Part shown: one piece after another, positions 1-10,500 of the stretch
Layout: each line of letters opens with the position of its first letter
Numbering within the stretch: the stretch's first letter is position 1
Assembly: GCA_024742485.1 (NCBI GenBank)
Contig: JANSYK010000005.1
Span: forward strand, 21,698-85,697
Direction: 5' to 3'
DNA length: 64,000 nt
Source of the DNA: Alphaproteobacteria bacterium
GTDB taxonomy: Bacteria > Pseudomonadota > Alphaproteobacteria > Rhizobiales > Rhizobiaceae
Made by a program: the position numbers and the translations under genes
The notes under the pieces: generated by a model
Databases searched by the model: none
Told to the model about the DNA's origin: nothing
What the model saw: the letters and a program-made list of their open reading frames with translations, nothing else

Positions 1-1
1 C

Positions 2-559
2 TATCTGGAGAACCTCCTGGCTGAACAGGTGTCGAACAACACCAAGGTTCCTGCCAATTCGGACATGATTGACTTGCCCGAATTGCTCGAAACCGTCCAC
101 GCCATGTTTGTCGAAGACGCACAGCAAAAGGGCATGAAGCTGCAGCTTGTTCCCGGAGCGCCGGACGTCAAGGTGCCTGCTTTGCAAGTGATGCGCATTT
201 TGAGCAACCTCGTTGCCAATGCGATCAAATATTCCACTGTCGGAACTGTTCGCCTGCTGGCAAGCCGCCAGGGGAGTTCCATTCGCGTTGAAGTTCGTGA
301 CGAGGGTCCGGGGCTGACCCAAAAGGAGTTTGATCTGGCGATCGAGCGCGAAGTGCGATTGGCACGAAACACGCAGGGCATCGAAGGGCAGGGGTTTGGT
401 CTCGCAATCGCCAATGATCTTGCGGAATCTCTCAACTATGATCTTGAGTTGGCCCATCCCAATGGAAAAGGGGCCGCCTTTGCACTGAATATTCCTGTGC
501 CCGAGCGTCACTCCAGCGGATCGGTGGCCTCCACCATGCCAAGCTCATTGGCACGTTGA
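2..559 (+). CDS. Sensor histidine kinase, C-terminal portion (5-prime end outside window)
   Basis: Frame open from nt 2 to stop at 557-559. HATPase_c signatures visible: N-box RILSNLVANAIKYS, G1 VRDEGPGL, G2 GQGFGLAIA. Confidence 0.85.
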   Translation, partial: YLENLLAEQVSNNTKVPANSDMIDLPELLETVHAMFVEDAQQKGMKLQLVPGAPDVKVPALQVMRILSNLVANAIKYSTVGTVRLLASRQGSSIRVEVRDEGPGLTQKEFDLAIEREVRLARNTQGIEGQGFGLAIANDLAESLNYDLELAHPNGKGAAFALNIPVPERHSSGSVASTMPSSLAR

Positions 560-1170
560 AACAACTGCACGGCTGAATGAACACCGAATTTGCGCATCAT
601 GCTGGCGCGATGTTTTTCCGCGGTTTTTGCGCTGATGCCCATCACATCCGCAATGTCGGCGTTGCTTTTGCCGCGAAGGACCATCGTCAGATATTGCCGT
701 TCGCGCGCTGTCAGTGCGATTCGCTCGTCATTCTTGCTGATGATGTCAGACAGGCTCTCGGCAATGTAGGTGCCACCACGCAGGATGTGCGGAAGCTGGG
801 CAAACAGTTCCTCATTGCTCCCCGCCTTGGAAAAGAGGCCGGCGGCACCGCCGTCCTTGATGGTGGCCAGCAGACCCGGTGACGTGACTGCGGTCAATAT
901 GACAATGCGCGAGTCGGGTGACCAGCGGCGAATATCCTCGAAAACCTCCGCCCCTGACGCCAGGGGCATGGAGACATCGAGCAGCACCAGGTCCGGCTTG
1001 AATCGTTTGACCGCCGAGACGGCATCAATGCCGTTGGCCGCCTCACCGACAACTTGAATGCCATTCGGTTCGATGGAACCCGGCGTTTCAAGCGCTCTGC
1101 GCAAGGCGGATCGGATCAGGTCATGATCATCCGCAATAATGGCTGTGAACTGCGATGTTGTGTTCGTCAT
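508..1170 (-). CDS. NarL/FixJ (LuxR-type) response regulator, REC + HTH
   Basis: Receiver motifs AIIADDH and DLVLLDVSMP. C-terminal LuxR HTH LTARERQYLTMVLRGKSNADIADVMGISAKTAEKH. ORF is open to 1212 but the ATG at 1170 follows GGAGAG. The 3-prime end overlaps the convergent kinase gene by 52 nt. Confidence 0.85.
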   Translation of the reverse strand: MTNTTSQFTAIIADDHDLIRSALRRALETPGSIEPNGIQVVGEAANGIDAVSAVKRFKPDLVLLDVSMPLASGAEVFEDIRRWSPDSRIVILTAVTSPGLLATIKDGGAAGLFSKAGSNEELFAQLPHILRGGTYIAESLSDIISKNDERIALTARERQYLTMVLRGKSNADIADVMGISAKTAEKHRASMMRKFGVHSAVQLFQRANELGMVEATDPLE

Positions 1171-1523
1171 CCACTCTCCGGTGATGGATCTGACCTGGCC
1201 GGCATACCCCATTGGTCGAAAATCGGCCTGCCGCCCGGAATTTGAAACACTTACTCCAGCTCACATTAATCTTCTGTTTCCAAATCAGCCTGCAACTCGC
1301 TTCCTGCCTCAATTGGGGGATTCACCCCATAGGAATCCATCGCCCCGATGGCATGATCATCAACCAAAGGTTAGCCGCGTCCGGTGCCGCCGTCGAGCTG
1401 CAATATGCTCGGCGAGCGGGCCTAAATGCAATTTTGGCGCAGATCGCTGCAACCTTCGTGTGGAATTTCGTCCCGTGCTGCGAGGCAATCGCCCGAAAGC
1501 ACGCCTGTATTGGGGGATCGGTC

Positions 1524-4500
1524 ATGGCAGTTCGTATCATCAGCCGCTTGGGAAAGTCGGGGTCGACATTCGACAACGTTGCGAATCTGGTCGATGCAAC
1601 GAGCGCGGTCGCCGGCACGGTCAGCACTCTTAGAGAGGACGACCCCGATCCCCTTGGCACGACGCTGGAAATCCTGTCGACCTTTGGCGCCATCGCGGCG
1701 ACGATACGTGAATATAAGGGACTGACGGAAGACACGCGAAAGGAACTGAAAAAGGCCATCAAAATTCTGCAGGAGGCGGATGCCGCCGGTGAAGTCTTTG
1801 GGCGCACATTGGTTGAAATCGCCAAGATTCCCAATCCTCTGATCAAAAACCTCGCCACGGCGATTGTCACCGGGCAAAAGACCTTCAGCGCGACCGAATC
1901 CCAATTCGAGTTTGCGTTGAAAGAACTTGATGATGGCCTCAAGATTCTCGACACGAAACTCGCCAAGGTGCTCAAGGTCGTCGACAATGTGGGCAGTGTT
2001 GCTGGAGTTGCCGAGCTCATCTATGATCTCTACAACGCCGTGGTCCTGGAGCAGGGAACCGTATTGGGCGTCTTCCTGAATACCTTCATTCCCACCTTCG
2101 GATTTGAAATCCCTGATCCGGGGGGCTCCGGGGATTCGGAAGCGGGCGCGCGTTTGCCCGTTGCCGATGCCAACCAGAATGTCGCCGACGAGGTTGGCCA
2201 GTCCTTCGATGTGTTCAGCGCCCGGCTGCAAATTCACACCAACAAGATGGACGATCTCAATCAGTCATTCGCCGATCTGGTGCAGACGATCAAGGATCTT
2301 GTGCCCGAAGCCAATCTTGATAATCCGGCCGCCTATCTGCAAGGCGAAATCACCGACGCCATCGAGCGCGCGTCGTCCATTCTGCAAACGGATCTGCCGT
2401 TGGACGGGATCAACCAGTTTGCCGAAATCCTGAAGCCACTGGACGATATCGTGGGTGTTCTGGAGGCCGTGCAGGAAGCTGTCCAGCCCGTGCTGGATTT
2501 CTTTGGTCCGGTTCTCAGCATTATCGACAAGGTCATCGAAGGTTTGTCGGACGCGCTCGGCCTTTCGGCTCTTGAGGCAAAGATACAGGCGCTCATCGAG
2601 GACAAGATCAACGATCTCACGCAACCCATTCGTGACGAGATCAACGATGCGATTGATGAAATCACCGGTTCAATCGTCAATGCCATGTTAGACCTTCTGA
2701 ATCAGTTTCTCAACATAAAGGATCAACTGCTTGATCTCGCTTTGAATCCAGGCGTCGAAGTTGGAGACCGCCAGGGGATTTCCAATGACGTTCTGGATGG
2801 TGAAGCGATGGCCGCCGGCGGCGCCGGAGACGACATCATCATGCTGCAGCTGGACAGCCGCTACTCCGATGGTCATGGCGGCATGGCGCTGGGTGGTGAC
2901 GGCAACGACCGGATTACCGGAACGTCCCTGATCGACATCATCAATGGCGGCGCCGGCTCCGATATCATTTCGGGCCTTGCAGGCGATGACAAACTGTTCG
3001 GCGGCACGGGCAATGAAGATCCGCTCAGCGATGACGGCGACACCATCGATGGCGGGGCGGGTAACGATGCGATCTTCGGTTCGGACAAAAACGATCTTCT
3101 GATCGGTGGCACCGGGGATGATGACATCTTTGGCGATGCCGGCGATGACCGGATTTTCGGAGACGACGGCAACGACCTGCTCGATGGTGAGGACGGTGAG
3201 GACACGCTCGAAGGCGGTTTGGGCGATGACATTCTGAATGGCGGGGCGGACAATGATATCCTGATCGACACCTCCGGCAACAACACACTGGACGGTGGTG
3301 AAGGGCTGGATGAAATCCGCACCCTGGGTGACGCAAGCGCGGTCAACACCATTTTGGACACGACATCCGTGCTGTTCGGCGGTGCCGGGCGCGACATTCT
3401 CCAGTTCGGTGATGCCCTGGCCGTGGGATCGGAAGCCACACCGGGCGCCCGGTATGATGGTGGTGGGAACACCGACACGGTCGAGGTGGGCAATATCGAC
3501 CTCGACAGGCTCTCAGCCGTGCTCGAAAATTTCGAAACCCTGAAAGTCACTTCGCTGACAGGAGAAGAAAAAACCATTGCACTTCAGACCGAAAGCCTGC
3601 GGTCTTTCAATACGCTGGAATTGCTCGGCGAGGGAGCGTTCGAATTCGATGTTCGTGGTGGTACATTTGATATCGACACCATGTTTGCTGATCAGGCTCT
3701 GCTGATTGACTGGTCATCGCTTACCCCTGTCAGCAATGCCCAGAACGGAGCGTCGGCGGGTCAGGGCGGTCGCCCCATCAGCATGCTCGCCCCTGTCACG
3801 ATACAGCTCAATGGAACGCTGGGCGGGGATGGCGGCACGGCAATCGGCTCTCAACGTACGACCCTTGGCATGACTTTCGAGGGAAGCGACGGCGACGATC
3901 TGATCATTGGCGGTACCGGTAGCGACATCATCCGCGGCGGTCTGGGTGCAGATATTCTTGACGGCGGCAGCGGTGATACCGGCGACCGTTTTGACCTCGA
4001 AAGCGCAGTTGGCGACGTCATTCTCGGCTCGGTCGAAGAACTGGATGGCGATACCATACGCAATCTGTCGAACCGTGTGGACAAGGTGCGCATCACGGGC
4101 AGCGAAGACTATCACCTGACATTCGATACACAGCAGGGCCAGACGATTGTTGCGATCTACCTTTCGCAGGCAGCCTTCGACGCCGGAGACCCGGCGCTTG
4201 GCAGTTTTACACTTGAAGGTGATTACCCGAAGCTGTTTGTTCAAAGCGGCAGATATGTCGGCGAAGACGGCTCAGACATTGCCTATGTCGAAGTGTTCAA
4301 CAACAATGTGCCGCCCACAGCGGTCAATGATCTTGTCGTCTCCAAATACCAGGGTGAAGGCGACATACCGCAGGTCATCGACCCATTCGCCAATGACTAT
4401 GACGTCGACACGCCCGCTGATCCTTCCGAGGGGATCGTGCGTCGCCAGATTGCCGTCACGGAAAGCCTGGCGGCACTGTTTCGCACCATAGACATCGATG

Positions 4501-7500
4501 ATGAGGATGCCGCCCGTCAGGCCTTTGCAGACGGCATCACGCCGGTTGCCATTGGGACGGAATTGCTGACGGAAGCTGGCAACAAGCTGATCTTCACGGC
4601 CGATGGCATCGTCTACGAAGCGCCGGAGCAAAGCGTAACATTCCGCGATTCCCAGCTCGGCGATGCAGGCATTTCCGGATATTTCGGAGAAGTGGGGCGC
4701 TACGACCTCACCGAGGCATTGCCCTTCTTCGGGTGGGATCGGATCAGCTACAAGGTCTTTGATCTGGATGGAGAGCTGTCGAACACCGCGAATGTCGACA
4801 TATTGATCCGGCCCGACAGAGTCACCCTGGCAGATGGGACACTGGCTCTTCCCAGCATCGACATCACGACCACAGGCGCAAATCCGGGAACCTATGTCGC
4901 CATTCTGACGGATCAGTCGGGTCAAAATATCGGACAGGATATCAACGACCGCAATGGTGATCCCGACTCGTCCAATCACGCTGTCGGACACGACTATTTT
5001 GGAATCACTGTTGCGGGCGACTATCAGGGACTTGGTGGCACGGACGTTCTCGATGGCCGTGAGGCATCAGGCCCACTACGGCTCTTTGGCGGGACCGGGG
5101 CTGACTGGGTGGAAGGCGGAGATTTCGATGATTTCCTCAGCGGTGGAGGCTACAATGATGCCTATAACCCGCAATCGACACGCGCGTCGGACGATACGTC
5201 CGAACAGAACAATATCCTGATTGGCAATGGCGGCAACAATGTCTATAGCGCCAGTGCGGGCGGCTCGGCGGGCGAGATCCAATGGCTGATCGAGGCGGTC
5301 CGCGACACGACTTATGTTCTCAATGGTGACGCGGAAACCATCAGTGGAACGCCGCTGAACACCTCATCGGCGACCTCTCTGTCTTTTGATCCCATTTTCG
5401 GATTGAAACAGGGCGCCGCAGCCCTTCAGGATGACCGGATCATTGGCTTTGACAATGACGATCAGATTGTCCTGGCCCTGTCGGACGACACGCTGACCGG
5501 TGTCGGGTTCACCTCCCAGGCCTATGTGGCGGACAATGTTTTCATACCCTTGCGCACGGGAATGATTCTCACCGAATTGGACATGACGTCCGAACTCGGT
5601 GAGCTGAACAATGACATCATCGGGAACAGTCAGTCTATCTTTGAGAACAACTTTTTCGAAGGCCATGATTTCCAGACCACGTTCGACTATGACCTGTCCG
5701 GGCCGCAGGGGCAGGGCAGTTTTTGGTTTCAGCAGCCCAATTTCGATGGCTATCCACAAATCATCAGCTATGCGATTGAAACAGAAGCCATCGGTGGCAG
5801 TGGCGGCACCGCGCCGCAGACGGAACTGACGGTCTCGTTGAAAAGCTTCCGGTTTGACGTCGAAAACAGGGTTGCGTCTCACTTTTATTCAGAACTGATT
5901 GAAGACCCCGATCTACTCGACCCGTTCTCACTGGACGATGATTCGTTTTTCCATTCCAACATTTCGCGAGCAAGGGATCTCATCCCTGGAGCCCATGTCT
6001 CCTTCTCGATGACCCTGGATGGCGCCTATCAGGACCGCTTTGTGCTGGACGTGACCAGCGGCATCGCCGGCGGCGCAGGCGAAGCGCCACTGACCCTCAC
6101 CGACCTCGGCACCCAGTTTTTTGATCAATCCTATGCCTATGAGCATGTGACGGATGCCGAAATCAGCGCCGCTGAAGCTCTCGGCAAGAACATCGGCCTG
6201 TCAATCCGCTATGACAGCTCCGCTCCGGTTGCTGTTGCGGACACCCCACAGGTTTCGCGTGGGCAGGCGCTCACCTTTGATCTGCTGGCTAACGACACGG
6301 ATGCCGATGGCGACACGCTTCGTCTGTTCGACATCAATTTTGAAAACGCGCAGCAGGAATCAGACCTGCTGGATGGCGATACGTCCAATGGCGAGTTGAT
6401 CCAGCAGACCGATCCGAATACCGGGTTAGGAACCGGTATCGTCACCTATATTGCCGCGCCGGAATATATCGGCGGTGTAAACTTTTCCTATATCGCCACC
6501 GATGGTGAGTATCAAAGCGAAGAGCAGACCGTCAGCATCAATGTCACCGGATTGGCACCGGTGTTGGGCGATGACCGCATAGTTCTCAAATCCAACTCCG
6601 ATGCGATTGGCAGCGCCGAATTGTACCCCGGTGGCACTCGCTTCATTCCGCTCAGTGCGCTGGTGGTCAATGATCTCGATCCGGATCAATCCGATTCGTT
6701 GAACCTCCAGAGCCTCAATGTCCCTGGTGCGATGAAACTCTTCCGGCCTGAGGATGGAGAAGACCCGTTCGAGGATGTCCGTGATCCAAACACAGTGATT
6801 GCATTCGGAACTCATCCTGACAACCCTGGAGTGATCGGCATCTTTTTGCGGGGCACCCTTATCGATCAGCTGAGTGCCGGGGCGACATCCCCAACGGGAA
6901 TCGCAGGCGCCAGCGCAAGCTTTACATACACGTTGAACGACGTGGCCGGAGCGGGTCGTTCAAATGCGGCGACTGTTGAAGTCTTCATCGCCGCCGATTT
7001 TACTCTTGCGCCCGGCGGTGTTGTCACAGTTGCCGAAGATTCCAGCATCGCAATTGATCTGGTGTCCGGTCGCACCGGTGGTTTTGGCGACGCCGAAATC
7101 CTGTCGGCATCCACCGCCTATGCTGAAGGCACGACCACGGAAGTCGGGACAGTGGAGATTTACGGCGACGGCATTATCTTCACGCCGACCGCTGATATTT
7201 TTGGCGTCACGGCGCTTGTCGATGTTGTTGTGGCCGACCAGTTGGGAAGCACGGAGACGATCCCCGTGCGCATTGACATCACGCCAAGCGAAGATGCGCC
7301 CGAGGTCCGCAACCTGTCTGCATCCGATGGAACAAATGACATTGCCGCGAACGAAGACACTGCAATTGTCGGCCTCGTGACCTTTTTCGATCTCGACGAC
7401 CTTGACCCGGCAATTCTCGGTGTTCAAGCGGCTCTCGATATGGCTGATGCGGTGCGCAACAATACGCCTGAGCTGATCGATCCGGCAGATCTGGCCCTGA

Positions 7501-10500
7501 TCGCCGGCAAGATTTTGACGCCGGCTGATTTGGGACCCTTTGCGACCACCCAGGGCGGTACGTTCCGGTTGATTCCGACCGCCTCGCCCCTCGTCTATGA
7601 CTATGAATATACACCGGCCACTGATTTCGAGGGTGCGGACAGCGTAAACATCGACTGGACTGCTCCTGACGGGACGACCGGTTCGGTGGAGTGGGATATC
7701 GACGTCGCCGGCATAAATGACGCACCGATATTCACCACTGACGATCCAACGTCCGACGCACCGGAAGCTTTGGATGTAAACAGTGATCTGGAATTGAATC
7801 TTCTGGATGACATGACCGACGTCGACGGGACGATCGATCCGGCGTCGATCGTGATTGAAAGCGCACCGGATCCAGATGTTGCAACCATTGCCATTTCGGC
7901 AGACGGTATTGCGACGCTGACAGGTATTGGCAGCGGCACTACCGCGTTTTCCTATTCCGTGGCGGACGAGGCCGGACTGCGCTCGCAAATCCGCACGATC
8001 TATCTTGATGTCAATCAGCCGCCCGAGGCGGAAGATGACAATGTCATCGTTTCAGCCCCAGGCCAGGCGATTCTGATCGATGCAATTGCAAATGATGTGG
8101 ATGGTGATGGTGATCTGAGCTATGTGCTGGGCCCGGACGGGTTGCCACAGGCGCTCGATCCGCAACAGACCCTGGACCCGGATGCGGCTACCGGTCTCCT
8201 GGGCAGCGTTGCATGGTCTGTAGCCGATGGAGCCTTCATCTATACGGCGCCAACGGATCCGGCCCTGTTCGGCCAGACCGACGTCTTTTACTACGAGGTG
8301 CAGGACAATGACGGTTCAACATCGCGCGCTGCGGTCTTCATTGAACTGACATCACCGGAAGCGCCGGCCCTGCGGCTTGGAACCTCAGACGCCGATGCCG
8401 TCATGGCAAGGGAAGGCAATGAGGAATTCTTCCTGGGCGATGGGTCGGACAGTGTTCAGGGCACTCTGGTGAATCTGGACGGCGATGAAATCTATGATTT
8501 CGATCCCGATGACACGCTCATTGTCGAGGGATTGGCTGCCGATGACATCACCATCACTACCAGTCGTATCCGAACGGAAAAACCGCCGGTCATTTCGGTT
8601 GACGCGTTGACGGAAATTCCATCCGTTGAAGGTCTCCTGGGCGGTGTGACCGTGGAGGCACTTCGCTCGGCATTTGTCGGCAACACATTGCTTGAATTCA
8701 GCGCCGGTGCCGTCACCGGCACGATTTTGCTGAACGGCGCATATCTCGGCGCTTTCGCGGCTGAAACCACGCCCGAAGGCAATGTCGCAATCACCTATCA
8801 ACCCACCACAAACACCGAACCGGTTCTGAACGGGTCGTCGAACGATGACGATTTGCGTGCCGGCGAAACCAATAGCCAGGTTCTGGGCGACGAGGGGGAT
8901 GACGTCATTCAAACGCCGGGGGCGGCTGTGTCCGGCGGCGCGGGAGAGGATGCCATTATCGCATCCGGCGCCGCCGGCCTGCAGGGTGGTGCCGATGCCG
9001 ATCTGTTTGTGATCGGTCAGGCCGGTACAGACATCGTTCTGGAAGACTTCAATCCCTATGATGGCGATCGGATCGCCATTTCCATCACTGCCTATGTCAA
9101 TGATGATGGAACGATGGCGACGGATCGCCTGTCGATCACCAGGGACGACAATGGCGTCTTGACCCTTTGGGGCAATCCCGATCTTACCGGAGACGTCCAG
9201 CCGCCGGTTCTGGAGCAACTCGCACGCTTTACCTTGCCGGAAGGATTGAACGCAGGAGTCGACAGCGTTCAGGGTGACGAGGACACGGAAATTTCTGGTA
9301 CCGTCGCGGACAATGTGTCTGATTTTGGCGGAGACGCAAAGCAGTTTGCTGTCGCTACCGACCCGGTCAATGGTTCGGTGGTGATGAATCCCGATGGAAG
9401 CTATGCCTACACGCCCAAGGCCAATTTCTTCGGCACGGATAGCTTCACCTATCGTGTATCGGTTGAAACCGATGGGGGCCTGGTGACGGACACGGCCGTC
9501 GTCGAAATCACCGTCGATCCGATCAACGATGCACCGACCGTTGAAGCGCCGCTGTCGGATGTGTCATCGAACGAAGACACGCCTGTGGAATTCACCATCC
9601 CGACCGGCACCTTTGCCGATGTTGAAGGCACCGAACTGATCCTGTCGGCAATGCTTGCCGATTCCACCGAATTGCCGGAATGGCTGGAATTTGACGGCGA
9701 TACCGGCACCTTTGCCGGCCTGCCGCCAATAGACTTCAATGGGCCAATCGTCGTGGAGGTCACCGCCTTTGACGGAGAGCACGCCGTCAGTGACACGTTC
9801 ACGCTCGATATCATCCCGGTCAATGATACTCCGATCGCCGAGCAACCGCTGGTCGACCAGTCCTTTGATGAGGACACGGCGGTCAGCTTTTCTGTTCCTG
9901 ATGATGCCTTTTCGGATGTGGATAACGAAACACTGACCCTGACGGCAGAACGGGCGGATGGCACCGCGCTTCCCGACTGGCTCGGCTTCGAGGCGTCTAC
10001 CGGCACATTCTCCGGTCAGCCGCCTCTGAACTTCAATGGCAATCTGGATGTGGCGGTCATTGCCAGTGACGGGCTGTTGGAAGCTCGCAGCACCTTTGCC
10101 CTCGAAATCACACCGGTCAATGATGCCCCGGTTGCAAATGCTGATACCGGTTTTGAAGTGGATGCCGGTGCCAGCCTGGTCTTTTCGACCGCAGATCTGC
10201 TTGCCAATGATACCGACGTCGATGGTGATGACCTCAGCGTGGTGTCCGTAACCGGCGCCACCAATGGTTCGCTGGACGTCGCAGCCGACGGAACGATAAC
10301 CTATACGGCCGCAGAAGATTTCGATGGGGTGGAGACGCTCACCTATGAAGTTTTCGACGGGACGGACACCAGCGAAGGTGAAATAGAGATCAATGTGGTT
10401 GGCACCGCAACCGATCCCTATGAGGGCTGGCGCAAGGGGACCGATGGCAATGATTTCCTGCTTGGTCGCCTCTTCGGGCAGAACCAGATTTTCGGTGGTG

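Noticed and set aside
1318-1338. Inverted repeat GGATTC-N9-GAATCC in the regulator/RTX divergent region, and the palindrome GGGCCTGCAGGCCC at 15841-15854
   Set aside because: A single 6-bp-arm repeat with free spacing is expected by chance in a few hundred bp, and there is no second copy to support a motif. Kept only as a note.
1212-1523. 104-codon N-terminal extension of the RTX ORF given by the track
   Set aside because: The translation (…LIFCFQISLQLASCLNWGIHPIGIH…) is not protein-like and there is no SD at 1212. The ATG at 1524 has GGGGGA upstream. The extension would also start at the boundary of the response-regulator track ORF (1212), inside the divergent promoter region.
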